This document shows, piece by piece, positions 9,357-19,761 of a stretch of 64,000 nucleotides of DNA. Below the pieces are notes generated by a model that was given only the letters and a program-made list of their open reading frames with translations, was not told the origin of the DNA and did not search any database. Location of the stretch: the sequence record DRR723986_646, one strand, 5' to 3'. How positions within the stretch are numbered: the stretch's first letter is position 1; every line of letters starts with the position of its first letter. A program made the position numbers and the translations under genes.

Positions 9357-11519
9357 ATGGCCGCAGGCGGTAACGCCGGCGTTGGCGACTTCAGTGGCGC
9401 AGCGCCCGCACTGCTTTCTCCAAATGCCCGCTATGCCATCAAGACGGCACTTAGCCTGACCCTGGCCTATCTGCTGCCCATGGCCATGGGCTGGCCACAG
9501 CCCCAGACGGCGGCAACCACGGTGATGCTGATCGCCGCAACAGGTGCCGCTTCTGAATCCCTGCAAAAGGGTGTCATGCGCCTGCTCGGCACCGTGGCGG
9601 GGGCAATCATCGGCCTTACCATGATCGCCCTGTTTCCGCAGGAGCGGATGACCTACCTGCTGCTGGTATCGCTAGTCGTCGCCCTGGTTATCTACCTGTA
9701 CAACGCTTACCAGGGTGATAGCACGATTTTCATGCTCACCGCCGTGGTCACCCTCATGGTCTTCAACGGGGGCGATGCCGAGGGCGCCTTCCTCTATGGG
9801 GTCGACCGGGCCTTTATGACCGCGTTCGGTGTGCTCGTCTATACGGTTGTTGCCAGCATGCTCTGGCCGGTAACCGAAGAGAACGATATTCGCGGGCTCG
9901 CGCGCGAGGTAAGCCACAGCCTGGGGGCATCACTCGAGCTACTCAGGGACGAAAACCCACCGACGGAGGACAGGGCGGAGAAGCTGCTGGCAGGGCTCAT
10001 TGCCAGCCGGGAAGCCTTCACAGCCCGCCTGAAGGCCGGCAGATCGGACTCAGAGAGCATTAAGGCCTATGCAGCGGAGTGGCGAACCATCAACGCCTGC
10101 TACCGCGAACTGGAAGAAATCGTGGTCCCGGGAATGCGCAACCGGATACATGAACTGCCCGACTTCCATCGTTATCTCGATAATCACGATGCAGCCGTTG
10201 CCAATCTTGGCAGGCTCATCCAGTACCTTGATGACAGCTGGGATAAGCACAGCGCCCCACTCAAGCCGGGGCTGGTGGCAGTCAGTCCCCGCGAGGCGCA
10301 GCTGGCGCAGGCCAGCCACCGCACCACTGCCATTGTCCTTACCCGGGCCGAAGCCCTGAACCAGGCCCAGCAACGGCTACTGCAGCTGATCGCCGCAGTA
10401 GGAAGCCTGGTATCGGGGGGCGGTGAGTTCACCGCGAGCGAACCGGAACCCGCGGAATCCCGCTTTATCTGGCGCGATCTGGAAGCGGGAAAAACGGCCG
10501 TCAGGGCATTCGTAACCTTCTGGGTGGCAACTGCCATCTGGATTGCCTACAACCCGCCAGGTGGCTTCATGTTCGTCACCCTCTGCACCATACTGATACC
10601 GCTGGTTTCCTACACCCCGGTGACCCCTAAATTGCTGATCATTCTCCTTTCATTCGGCTTTTTCTTCGCGTTGCCCGTCTACGTTTTCCTGCTGCCGGCA
10701 ATGACCCACTGGCTGCAGCTGGCCACGTTCATTTTTCTCTATGCGCTGGCCGGCTACCTGCTCTTCCAGGGACCGGTGGCGATTTTTTACCTGCTGGGAC
10801 TGTTCACCCTCGGCATCCAGAATGAGATGAGCTATCACTTCAACGCGATCCTGCTCATCATGCTCATGTTCTACATCGTCTGTGCCGTGCTGGTTATTTC
10901 TATCTACGTGCCGTTCACCAGTAACCCGGCGCGCCTTTTTGCCAGCCTGCGAGAGCGTTTCTTCTCCAACGTCAGCCATATCCTGCGGCTTCTGCAAAGC
11001 GCGGACAGGGTGCCGGCAGCACGACTGCGCAGCAGGCTGCAATTAAGCGCTGCACTCATTGCGAAAATGCGCGCCTTCGGCGAGCGGATCCCGGCCGACA
11101 GCTACCGGGGCACGTCTGCCGACGCCATTGCCCGCTTTATTGACGCCTGTGAAACCCTGCAGGGCGAACTAGAGATCCTCGCGGCCCGCGATGCAAGGGC
11201 CCGCGGCAACCCGTTGGTTCAACGGGCGAGACGACGAGATAGCGGGCAACTGCTGGCCGGACTGAGTGATGCGCTCGCCAGCGCACCCGCCAGTGCACTG
11301 GATCAGCGCTTCGATCGGGCACAGCGCGAGATAGAGAGCGTGGAACAGCGCCTGGACAGGTTCCTGAAGCAGGAGCAAGGTCGCACCGTACTGGGCGACA
11401 CGCTGAGCGGCTTCTACCTGTATCTCAACCTGCGCGCCCTGCTACTCGGTGCCCTGTTCCGCTGCCGGGACGCAGCGAGCGAGATAAACTGGCGCGAACT
11501 GAGGGAGAATCGCTTTTGA
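9357..11519 (+). CDS. FUSC family (AaeB/FusC-like) efflux membrane protein
   Basis: YAIKTALSLTLAY..GWPQP..AATTV and RLLGTVAGA motifs; two hydrophobic blocks; start uncertain. Confidence 0.85.
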   Translation: MAAGGNAGVGDFSGAAPALLSPNARYAIKTALSLTLAYLLPMAMGWPQPQTAATTVMLIAATGAASESLQKGVMRLLGTVAGAIIGLTMIALFPQERMTYLLLVSLVVALVIYLYNAYQGDSTIFMLTAVVTLMVFNGGDAEGAFLYGVDRAFMTAFGVLVYTVVASMLWPVTEENDIRGLAREVSHSLGASLELLRDENPPTEDRAEKLLAGLIASREAFTARLKAGRSDSESIKAYAAEWRTINACYRELEEIVVPGMRNRIHELPDFHRYLDNHDAAVANLGRLIQYLDDSWDKHSAPLKPGLVAVSPREAQLAQASHRTTAIVLTRAEALNQAQQRLLQLIAAVGSLVSGGGEFTASEPEPAESRFIWRDLEAGKTAVRAFVTFWVATAIWIAYNPPGGFMFVTLCTILIPLVSYTPVTPKLLIILLSFGFFFALPVYVFLLPAMTHWLQLATFIFLYALAGYLLFQGPVAIFYLLGLFTLGIQNEMSYHFNAILLIMLMFYIVCAVLVISIYVPFTSNPARLFASLRERFFSNVSHILRLLQSADRVPAARLRSRLQLSAALIAKMRAFGERIPADSYRGTSADAIARFIDACETLQGELEILAARDARARGNPLVQRARRRDSGQLLAGLSDALASAPASALDQRFDRAQREIESVEQRLDRFLKQEQGRTVLGDTLSGFYLYLNLRALLLGALFRCRDAASEINWRELRENRF

Positions 11520-13123
11520 GCGCGCGGCGCATTAATCCGATAGCACGACGCTTACTTGGCGGCACACTGCTTGCCGCCCTGTCGGCCTGTACCGTGGTAG
11601 GCCCTGACTACAGTGCGCCAACCGCACCGACCCTGCCGAGCGCCTGGGAGACGGAACAGCGTGTCGCACAAACGTCTTCGGAAGCCGCCTGGTGGCGACT
11701 GTTCAATGACCCGGTGCTGGACGAACTGATTGACCGCGGGGCCGGCCAAAACCTGTCACTGCAGGCGGCTGGCCTGCGGATCGTGCAGGCTCGCGCTGCT
11801 TTGGGTATCAGCGACGCGCTGGTTTTCCCACAGCAGCAGCAACTGAATGGCAACCTGACCCGGCTCTACCAGAACGAGACCAGCTTCAACAATGCCGGTA
11901 TCGGCCTGGACGTGGGCTGGGAGATGGATATCTGGGGCAAATATGCGCGTGGCATCGAGGCAGCCGAGGCCGGCCTCTACGCGTCGATTGCCTCTTACCG
12001 GGACGTACTGGTGACCCTGACTGCGGAAATCGCGCGCAACTACATCAGTTACCGGACGGCGCAGGAACGGGCCTTCCTCTCGCAACAGAATATCGCCATC
12101 CAGGAGCGGGTGGTCGACATGACCCAGGTGCAGTACGAGTCCGGCAATGTCTCGGAACTGGATGTCCAGCAGGCGCGGACCCAACTCTACGCAACCCAGT
12201 CAGCCCTTCCGGGACTGAGCATTGCCCGGCAGCAATCGGTGAATGCATTGGCGGTCCTGCTCGGCACCCTGCCCGAGGAGATCGAGCCAATCCTGGCCCG
12301 CGGCAAACAGCGTCAATCCAGCACCTATGACGAGCGCATGCGGGAAGTCACCGGCAGCGACCGAGCAAGCCAGCAGTTCATAGCGGATTACCAGGCCAAC
12401 TCGATCATCCCCGAGGCCCCGGCGCTGCAGCCGGGGATCGACCCGGCGCTGGTCCTGCGACGACCCGACCTGCAGGTGGCGGAACTGCAGGCAAGGGCAC
12501 AGAGCGCACGCATCGGCCAGGCAGAAAGCAATCTCTACCCGCAGTTTTTCCTGTTCGGCTCAATCGGCCTCAACGAGACGGTACGCAGTGGCGAAGGCTT
12601 CAGCGCCAGCAATGCGGTGACCGCGGCGCTTGGCCCCGGCCTCAGCTGGAACATCTTCCAGTACGACAGGATTCGCAATCAGGTGCGCATTGAAGACGCG
12701 CGCTTCCAGGAAAGCCTGAGTAACTATAACCAGCGCGTGCTGCTGGCAGTGCAAGAGGTATCCAATGCGCTGGTCGCCTACCAGTACAACCTTGAACGCG
12801 CGGACTACGAATGGAACGCTGTACAGGCGTCCATTCGTGCATTCGATATTTCCGCCAGCCAGTACAACAACGGCCTGGTAACCTACCAGCGGCTGCTCAG
12901 CACCGTCGAGAAAATGACGCTCAGGGAAGACACCTATGCACAAACTCGCGGCAGCATCGCCAGCCAGGTCGTGGCCCTGTACAAGGCACTGGGCGGCGGC
13001 TGGGAGCCCTATGCGGAACTGCCACTGGTAGCGCCTGACACGATCCGGGAGATGCAGGAGCGCACCAACTGGGGGGACTACCTGGAGCCAGACACCGTGA
13101 TTGGAGAGGACCGCAATGAGTGA
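11516..13123 (+). CDS. Efflux transporter outer-membrane lipoprotein (TolC/NodT family)
   Basis: Lipobox LSAC, WWRLFNDPVL, WEMDIWG, RRPDL and LYKALGGGW motifs. Confidence 0.92.
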   Translation: MSARRINPIARRLLGGTLLAALSACTVVGPDYSAPTAPTLPSAWETEQRVAQTSSEAAWWRLFNDPVLDELIDRGAGQNLSLQAAGLRIVQARAALGISDALVFPQQQQLNGNLTRLYQNETSFNNAGIGLDVGWEMDIWGKYARGIEAAEAGLYASIASYRDVLVTLTAEIARNYISYRTAQERAFLSQQNIAIQERVVDMTQVQYESGNVSELDVQQARTQLYATQSALPGLSIARQQSVNALAVLLGTLPEEIEPILARGKQRQSSTYDERMREVTGSDRASQQFIADYQANSIIPEAPALQPGIDPALVLRRPDLQVAELQARAQSARIGQAESNLYPQFFLFGSIGLNETVRSGEGFSASNAVTAALGPGLSWNIFQYDRIRNQVRIEDARFQESLSNYNQRVLLAVQEVSNALVAYQYNLERADYEWNAVQASIRAFDISASQYNNGLVTYQRLLSTVEKMTLREDTYAQTRGSIASQVVALYKALGGGWEPYAELPLVAPDTIREMQERTNWGDYLEPDTVIGEDRNE

Positions 13124-13328
13124 GTTCCCCCATGAACTGGCGCTCGGCGATGTGTACCTGTCGCCCATGTTGCCGGTGTTCGTGCTGGCACTGCTCGGTG
13201 CCTGGATCAGTGTCGGCCTGCTCAACAAGCTGCGCCTGTCGCGCTACATCGTGTTTCCCAATACCACCTTTCTCGCCCTGATGGTGGCCTACATTCTGTT
13301 GATGAACGCTTTCTGGATACGGATATAA
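13116..13328 (+). CDS. DUF1656 (AaeX-like) small membrane protein
   Basis: PHELALGDVYLSP motif, two TM helices, sits between TolC and HlyD genes; ATG 13116 has a GAGGA RBS. Confidence 0.85.
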   Translation: MSEFPHELALGDVYLSPMLPVFVLALLGAWISVGLLNKLRLSRYIVFPNTTFLALMVAYILLMNAFWIRI

Positions 13329-13341
13329 GGTGCTCACAGTC

Positions 13342-14241
13342 ATGAAATCGCTTAAAAAACTCGGCCTGGGCATCATTAATCTCACCCTGATCGGTATTGT
13401 CGCCTGGTACGCCTACGCCGCTTTTGAGGACTACCTGACCAATCCCTGGACCCGCAATGGCCAGGTACGCGGACAGGTAATCCAGGTAGCGCCACGCGTA
13501 TCGGGTATGGTGACGCGCATTGCGGTTATTGATAACCAGCGTGTCGCCACCGGCGACCTGCTGTTCGAAATCGACCCCGAGCCCTTCGAGATCGCCATCG
13601 CCCAGGCGGAAGCCAACCTGAAGCGCACCCGGATCAGCTCCCAGGCGGCGAAGCTCGAGTTCGACCGCCTGCAGGAGATCTATGACCGCGATGCGGGAGC
13701 GGTTTCGCAGAAAGAGTTGAGTCGGCGCGAAGCCAACTACCTGCAATCGCTCAGCCAGATCGACGTTGCCCAGGAGTCGCTGCGCGCCGCGCGCCTGAAT
13801 CTCAGCTATACGCAGGTCCATGCCGCTCTTGAGGGCTACGTGTCCAATATCGACTTCCAGGTCGGCACCCAGGCTGTCGCCAACCAGCCGCTGGTGGCCC
13901 TCGTGGACAGCAACAGCTTCTGGGTATTCGGCTACTTCCGCGAGAGCCAGATCGGTGAATTTGCCATCGGTGACCCCGCTCGGGTGACGCTCATGGCCTA
14001 CCCTGACCAGCCCTTGCGCGGCACGGTGGAATCCCTGGGCTGGGGTATCGCCCCTTCCGATGGCACTACCGGTTATAAGCTGCTACCGAGTATCAAACCG
14101 GTATTCCAATGGATTCGTCTGGCCCAGCGGGTACCGGTAAGAATAAAACTGGATCCGGTTCCGGCGGAGGTCGAATTGCGCTTCGGCCTGACGGCATCGG
14201 TAATGGTATTGAACAACAAGGGGGAGAAGGGCCGTGACTGA
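13342..14241 (+). CDS. HlyD family secretion protein (AaeA-like membrane fusion protein)
   Basis: PWTRNGQV, VAPRVSG, GDLLFEIDP and WIRLAQRVPVRI motifs. Confidence 0.92.
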   Translation: MKSLKKLGLGIINLTLIGIVAWYAYAAFEDYLTNPWTRNGQVRGQVIQVAPRVSGMVTRIAVIDNQRVATGDLLFEIDPEPFEIAIAQAEANLKRTRISSQAAKLEFDRLQEIYDRDAGAVSQKELSRREANYLQSLSQIDVAQESLRAARLNLSYTQVHAALEGYVSNIDFQVGTQAVANQPLVALVDSNSFWVFGYFRESQIGEFAIGDPARVTLMAYPDQPLRGTVESLGWGIAPSDGTTGYKLLPSIKPVFQWIRLAQRVPVRIKLDPVPAEVELRFGLTASVMVLNNKGEKGRD

Positions 14242-14908
14242 GCCGCGCATTCACCAGCAGAACAATTTCCTGTATCTCACCTGTGCCCTGGTACTGCTGA
14301 TCGTCTCGGCGGCGGTGCAGGAGGCCATCCCTCGCGGCTGGGGACACGGATTCCTCAGCCTCGTCCTCCTGGGCACCTTGCTGGTGGCCTTCCTCAGCCT
14401 GAATTTCGGCACGGCATGGCGCAAGCTGGTCGCGGTTCTGGCACTCGCCTGGCTTGTCCTCGCCCTGCTGGCAGATGGCTTGCAACTGTTCGAGCGCGGC
14501 CTGCCGAACCTGGTGATCCTGCTGGTGTTCTTTCTCGGCGAAGCCTACTATGCCGCGCGACAGGTGCTGCTGTCCGGTCGTCAGATCGACCAGAACCTGA
14601 TGTTTGGTGCCCTGGCGCTATACCTGCTCATCGGGCTGATCTGGGCGATGATCTTCCTGATCATTCTGGTTTTCTCGCCCGAGGCGTTCCGGGGCATCGA
14701 CAGTGCCGACTACGCCGACAACCTGCTGACGGCGATCTATTTCAGCTTCGTCACCATGACCAGCCTGGGCTACGGTGACATAAGCCCGGCCCAGCCTATG
14801 GCCAAGGTAGCCACCATTCTGTCTGCCATATCCGGCGCTTTCTACATGGCCGTCGTCGTCGCCAGTATGGTCGGCGCGCGTTCCGCTACCCGACATCAAC
14901 AGGATTAA
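14234..14908 (+). CDS. Potassium channel family protein (Ion_trans_2)
   Basis: Pore signature YFSFVTMTSLGYGDISP, preceded by several TM helices. Confidence 0.88.
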   Translation: MTEPRIHQQNNFLYLTCALVLLIVSAAVQEAIPRGWGHGFLSLVLLGTLLVAFLSLNFGTAWRKLVAVLALAWLVLALLADGLQLFERGLPNLVILLVFFLGEAYYAARQVLLSGRQIDQNLMFGALALYLLIGLIWAMIFLIILVFSPEAFRGIDSADYADNLLTAIYFSFVTMTSLGYGDISPAQPMAKVATILSAISGAFYMAVVVASMVGARSATRHQQD

Positions 14909-14928
14909 TCCACATTGGAGCTACCCGC

Positions 14929-16041
14929 ATGAACACAGAATCTGAAACCAAACTACAGGTGGCCGGTTACGACCCCCAGTTCATTCGCAATATGGTTGAA
15001 TCCGCGCTGCGCATCGGCCTGCTGCTCGTGCTACTCGCGTGGACTTACGACATCATCCGCCCCTTCATTGTCCCGATCGTCTGGGGTGCAATCATCGGCA
15101 TAGCCGCCTTCCCGCTGGTTAAGTGGCTGGAGAACAAGATCGGGGGCCGCCGGGGTCTCGCTGCCACCCTGGTGAGCCTCACCTTTATTATCCTGCTGGT
15201 GGTTCCAACCTGGAGCGTCACCGAGGCGCTGGTCTCCAGTGCCAGGAACCTGGTCAACGCATTGGAAACCCAGACCCTGGATGTGCCACCTCCCCCAGCC
15301 AAGATCGCCGACTGGCCAGTGGTCGGTGAAAAGATCCATACCGCCTGGGAAACCGCCAGTAACGACCTGGAGAGCCTGTTGGAAAAATCCGGGCCACAGA
15401 TCAAGGAGGCGACTGCTACAGTGTTCAAGCGAATCGGAAGCGGTCTTGTCGGCGTGCTGGTATTCGTCGCATCGATCGCCATCGCCGGCGGCTTCATGGC
15501 CTATGCCGAGAGCTGCGGCACCATGGCCCACCGCCTGTTCGTTCGTATCGGCGGGCTGCAGCCTGGCGGTGAGTGGGCCAACCTGACCGTCGCCACCGTA
15601 CGTTCAGTACTCAAGGGCGTTATCGGGGTTGCGTTCATCCAGGCCGTACTGGTCGGTGTCGGCTTCATGGTCATGGGAATTCCCGGAACGCCAATCTGGA
15701 CCGCCCTGGTGTTGTTCCTGGCTATCGCCCAGCTGCCGGCCCTGATCGTCGTGCTGCCAGTGATTGCCTACGCCTTCTCCGCCTACGATACGACCCCGGC
15801 GGTGATCTTCTCCGTCTGGTCCCTGCTCGCCGGTGCGAGCGATAACATCCTGAAGCCGATTCTCATGGGGCGCGGCGTTGATATTCCGATGCCGGTTATC
15901 CTCATCGGCGCGATTGGCGGCATGGTCCTGTCGGGCATCATCGGGCTTTTTGTGGGCGCGGTGGTGCTGTCAATCTGGTACAAACTGTTCACCCTTTGGC
16001 TCGAACAGGAAGCCAGCGCGGCAACCCCGGCGCAGCAGTGA
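14929..16041 (+). CDS. AI-2E family transporter (YdiK-like)
   Basis: Multi-TM protein with DNILKPILMGRG..IGAIGG..GIIGLFVG motif. Confidence 0.9.
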   Translation: MNTESETKLQVAGYDPQFIRNMVESALRIGLLLVLLAWTYDIIRPFIVPIVWGAIIGIAAFPLVKWLENKIGGRRGLAATLVSLTFIILLVVPTWSVTEALVSSARNLVNALETQTLDVPPPPAKIADWPVVGEKIHTAWETASNDLESLLEKSGPQIKEATATVFKRIGSGLVGVLVFVASIAIAGGFMAYAESCGTMAHRLFVRIGGLQPGGEWANLTVATVRSVLKGVIGVAFIQAVLVGVGFMVMGIPGTPIWTALVLFLAIAQLPALIVVLPVIAYAFSAYDTTPAVIFSVWSLLAGASDNILKPILMGRGVDIPMPVILIGAIGGMVLSGIIGLFVGAVVLSIWYKLFTLWLEQEASAATPAQQ

Positions 16042-16045
16042 TGAA

Positions 16046-16073
16046 TTGGCCGGCTGCCCGGGCAGCCGGCCAA
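16046..16073. repeat. Perfect 28-bp GC-rich palindrome, probable terminator or stabilising hairpin
   Basis: TTGGCCGGCTGCCC|GGGCAGCCGGCCAA just after the AI-2E stop; no poly-U tail. Confidence 0.55.
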
Positions 16074-16309
16074 AGTACAGCCTGATATACCAGGCCATGT
16101 ATTACCCCGAAAAACTGTGATTTTTGACCCATTTCGTCATCTACCCGTAGCTGATCGAAATTTACTCTCTCCGGGATATCGGTATTATCTAGCGACAGAG
16201 ACCCGGGGTAGCACCAGCTCCGGGGCCAATTAGAATAATTAATGCGTGCTGACGACTCAGGGACGAATCGCCCCACGCCAAAGCTCTACAATAAGATGAG
16301 GTGTCACAC

Positions 16310-18685
16310 ATGAGTAAAGCAAGGCTCGCTCCGGCTTCAATCCGCAAGACCGCTATCGCCGCTGCTCTGGCGATGGCTACCCCGGCTTTTGGCCAGCAGA
16401 TGATGCTGGAAGAGGTCATTGTGACCGCCCAGAAACGTCAACAAACGATCCAGGACGTACCGGCATCGGTGGCCGCCATCTCCGCTGAGATGCTGGAGCG
16501 CACCAATACCACCAACTTCTCAGATCTGGCCAAGATCACCCCCGGGGTTACCATCGTCGGCGGGCAGGACGGGTTCGGTAACATCGTGCGCATCCGCGGT
16601 GTGGGCAATAACTCCTTTGCTCCGGCTATCCGTCCGGCAGTGGGCATCTTCATCGACGACGTTCCGCTGGCGCAGATGGACTCGGCGTTCAACAACCTCG
16701 CCGATATCGAACGCATCGAAATCCTCAAAGGCCCCCAGTCCACCCTGTTCGGTAAGGAAGTCTCCTCGGGTGCGATTGTGCTGACCACCCGCCGTCCGGA
16801 CACCGCTGGCGTCGACGCCTATGTAGAAGGCAATTTCGGCAATCTGGGCCTGCAGGAATACCGGGTTGGCGGCAACATCCCGCTGGGTGAGATGTTTGCC
16901 GTTCGGGCCAGCCTCTACCACAACGAACGGGATGCCATCCTGGACAATATCGTCACCGGCGGTAAGGAAGGCGAGTACGAGAAGGATGGCGGGCGTATCC
17001 GGCTCCTGTTTGAACCGAGTGATAGCTTCAATGCGATCCTGACCTACGAGTATCACGAGAGCGAGGTGATCGGGGCAACCGCGGTGGCGCAGGAGTACGG
17101 CGACCTCTACCAGACCCTGGATGCCATCTACAATCCCGGCGGACCCACGCAACTCAACATCCTCAGCCCCTACGGCGGTAAAACCGACCACTCCAACCCG
17201 CCTGTGCGTGATGCTGAAACCGAGTTCCTGTTCCTGAACATGGAATGGACCCTGAACGACGAGTGGACAGTCACCTCGGTGAGCAGCAAGCAGGACTGGG
17301 AGAGCACCGTCAAGGGACAGGTGCCACCTGACCCGACGCAGCCCGACATCTTGACCGCAGACACCACCTACGGCCCGTTCTACCTGAACGACTTCATCAC
17401 CCAGCCGGCGGCGGAAAGCTTCACCCAGGAATTGCGCTTCAGCTATGACAGCGACAACTGGTCATCCATCGTCGGCGCTTTCTACGCCGATACGGATATC
17501 CCCAACTACACGCCCTTCGCGCAAACCCTGGGTGTGTTCCCGCTGCCCAGCGGCCCGCTGATCATCAAAGCTGCCGGCCTGTCGGATATCCGTGAGAACA
17601 ACGAAGAGTTCGCGATCTTCACTCACAACATCTACACCATCCGTGACGGCCTCGAGGCGACTTTCGGCCTGCGCTATTCGGACGTCGAAAAGACCTCCAC
17701 CAAGGGGCAGCTGACGGGGGTCGGACCGATCGCCGAGTTAAACAGCCCATTCGTACCAGTCACCCCCTGGGCGGATGACATCCCCACCCGGACTGACAGC
17801 TGGGATGAGGTAACCGGCACCCTGAAGCTGAATTACTACCTGACCGATGACATTGCGGTCTACGGCGGCTGGGATCGCGGCTTCAAAGCAGGCGGTCACG
17901 ACGTGTGCAAAAACGTCGATAACGAACCGTCATGCAAAAACTTCGACTCGGAAATCGCCGACAACTTCGAAGTGGGCTTCAAGGGCCGTTTCGGCGGCAG
18001 CCTGATCTGGAACGGCGCGGTCTTCTACCAGACCTTCGATGACTACCAGGTAGAGGTCCAGGATGAGGAAGGCATCGGCAACACCATCCTCAACGCGGCT
18101 TCCGCGGAAATCACCGGCTTCGAGACCGACATCCAGTGGCTTGCCAGCGAGCAGCTGCTGATCGACGCTAACCTGTCGTACGTCAACGCCACCTGGGATG
18201 ACTTCTCGGATGCTGAGTGCCTGCGGGCCCAGTACCAGCGCGAGGCCTGCGACCCGGTAACCGGTACCCAGGACCTCTCCGGCGAAGACCTGAACTACAA
18301 CAGCCCCTGGACTGCCAACCTCAACGCCACCTGGTCCGATAATTTTGCCAATGGCATGGGCTGGTGGGTACGCGGCGAAGTAGCCTACAAGGATGAGATG
18401 TATTTCTTCCCCGACCTGGATCCGGATCTGGTCGCCGAGGACTACACCCTGGTCAATGCCAGCATCGGCATCCGGGCTGCGGATGACAGCTGGGAGATCA
18501 TGCTCTGGGGCAAGAACATCTTCGACGAGGAGTACCTGCAGAGCGGTTCCCGTAACCGGGATAACGGTGACTCAGGCTTCGCTGCCGCTACGGGCGGCCC
18601 GCTGCCATCCGAGGGCTACCGGGTGACTGCGGGGGCAGAAGCAACTTACGGTGTGAGCCTCAAGTACCGCTTCGGCGGCGGCTGA
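16310..18685 (+). CDS. TonB-dependent receptor (substrate unknown)
   Basis: Signal peptide, TonB-box region LEEVIVTAQKR, plug motif ERIEILKGPQSTLFG, C-terminal barrel strand YGVSLKYRF; GAGG RBS. Confidence 0.93.
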   Translation: MSKARLAPASIRKTAIAAALAMATPAFGQQMMLEEVIVTAQKRQQTIQDVPASVAAISAEMLERTNTTNFSDLAKITPGVTIVGGQDGFGNIVRIRGVGNNSFAPAIRPAVGIFIDDVPLAQMDSAFNNLADIERIEILKGPQSTLFGKEVSSGAIVLTTRRPDTAGVDAYVEGNFGNLGLQEYRVGGNIPLGEMFAVRASLYHNERDAILDNIVTGGKEGEYEKDGGRIRLLFEPSDSFNAILTYEYHESEVIGATAVAQEYGDLYQTLDAIYNPGGPTQLNILSPYGGKTDHSNPPVRDAETEFLFLNMEWTLNDEWTVTSVSSKQDWESTVKGQVPPDPTQPDILTADTTYGPFYLNDFITQPAAESFTQELRFSYDSDNWSSIVGAFYADTDIPNYTPFAQTLGVFPLPSGPLIIKAAGLSDIRENNEEFAIFTHNIYTIRDGLEATFGLRYSDVEKTSTKGQLTGVGPIAELNSPFVPVTPWADDIPTRTDSWDEVTGTLKLNYYLTDDIAVYGGWDRGFKAGGHDVCKNVDNEPSCKNFDSEIADNFEVGFKGRFGGSLIWNGAVFYQTFDDYQVEVQDEEGIGNTILNAASAEITGFETDIQWLASEQLLIDANLSYVNATWDDFSDAECLRAQYQREACDPVTGTQDLSGEDLNYNSPWTANLNATWSDNFANGMGWWVRGEVAYKDEMYFFPDLDPDLVAEDYTLVNASIGIRAADDSWEIMLWGKNIFDEEYLQSGSRNRDNGDSGFAAATGGPLPSEGYRVTAGAEATYGVSLKYRFGGG

Positions 18686-18704
18686 TACGCTTCCCCAGAA
18701 CCAG

Positions 18705-18733
18705 AAAGGGCGGCCATTGGCCGCCCTTTTTTT
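18705..18733 (+). terminator. Rho-independent terminator
   Basis: AAAGGGCGGCCA-T-TGGCCGCCCTTT followed by a T-tract. Confidence 0.9.
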
Positions 18734-18795
18734 ATCCCGCAAACTGATTCTGGACGTTACGCGCCCACCCCCATCATCGATCGATGGGGCGCAGC

Positions 18796-19653
18796 CTAGA
18801 GTTGAGGAATCAACCGGGAGAACTGCTCGATCATCGGCATGACAATCTCGGGCTTGTCCCAGTTTTCCATGCCCACCCCGATATTGCAGCGGTGAATGCC
18901 CATATCCCGATAGGACTTGAGCAGGTCCGCGGTGACCGGCGCCATGACCACCAGGGTGATCTCGACCTTGTCCGGATCGCGACCAAACTCGCTGACCTGA
19001 CGACGGAAGTCCGCGATGCCCGAGGGGATGTCGCCCATCGCCACATCAACCGGCATCCAGCCATCGGCCCACTCCGCTGTGTGGCGCACGCCCAGAGGAC
19101 CCATCGCACCGAAAATCACCGGAGGACCGCCCGCCTGAACCGGTTTGGGCTCAAACCAGACCTTGTCGAAGTCGATCAGTTCGCCGTGGTACTCCGGCTC
19201 GGGATCTGTGAACAGGGCACGCTGGGCCGCAACAGTCTCCTTCAGGGCCAGGTAACGCCGCTTCCAGGGCAGGCTGGTGACGTTCTCGAATTCTTCCTCA
19301 TTCCAGCCCACGCCGCAGCCAATCAGTACCCGTCCACCCGACAGGCGATCCAGGGTGCCGATCGTCTTGGCCTGGGAAAACAGTTCCCGCTCCATCAACA
19401 GCGCGATCCCGGTGCCCACCTTCAGCGTCGTGGTACTGGCGGCAGCGGCCATCAGTGACACATACGGATCCATCATCTTCTTGTAGGGTTCCGGCAGGTC
19501 GCCACCGGGCGGGTAAGGCGTGCGCCGCGACATGGGGATATGACTGTGCTCGCCATACCAGAGGGATTCGAAACCCGCCTCTTCCAGGGTCCTGGCGAGT
19601 TGGTCTGGCGCCGGATCGTCGGCGGTGTTCATCGAGGTAAATCCGAGGTGCAT
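18796..19653 (-). CDS. LLM class (luciferase-like, putative F420-dependent) oxidoreductase
   Basis: GFESLWYGEHSHIP, DPYVSL, TLDRLSGGR..GVGWNEEEF and PKPVQ motifs. Confidence 0.88.
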   Translation of the reverse strand: MHLGFTSMNTADDPAPDQLARTLEEAGFESLWYGEHSHIPMSRRTPYPPGGDLPEPYKKMMDPYVSLMAAAASTTTLKVGTGIALLMERELFSQAKTIGTLDRLSGGRVLIGCGVGWNEEEFENVTSLPWKRRYLALKETVAAQRALFTDPEPEYHGELIDFDKVWFEPKPVQAGGPPVIFGAMGPLGVRHTAEWADGWMPVDVAMGDIPSGIADFRRQVSEFGRDPDKVEITLVVMAPVTADLLKSYRDMGIHRCNIGVGMENWDKPEIVMPMIEQFSRLIPQL

Positions 19654-19761
19654 GACCTGTCCCTAATCAGCCTGTATCAGAGACGCACGTTACCCCGCAC
19701 GGCCGGGAGCCGCCAGCAAGGTGACGGCCAAGCGTGCCGGCGGTTTAGAAAGACAGACGGG

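Noticed and set aside
16117-16132. CRP-like site TGTGA-N6-ACCCA upstream of the TonB-dependent receptor
   Set aside because: Only one good half-site; insufficient support.
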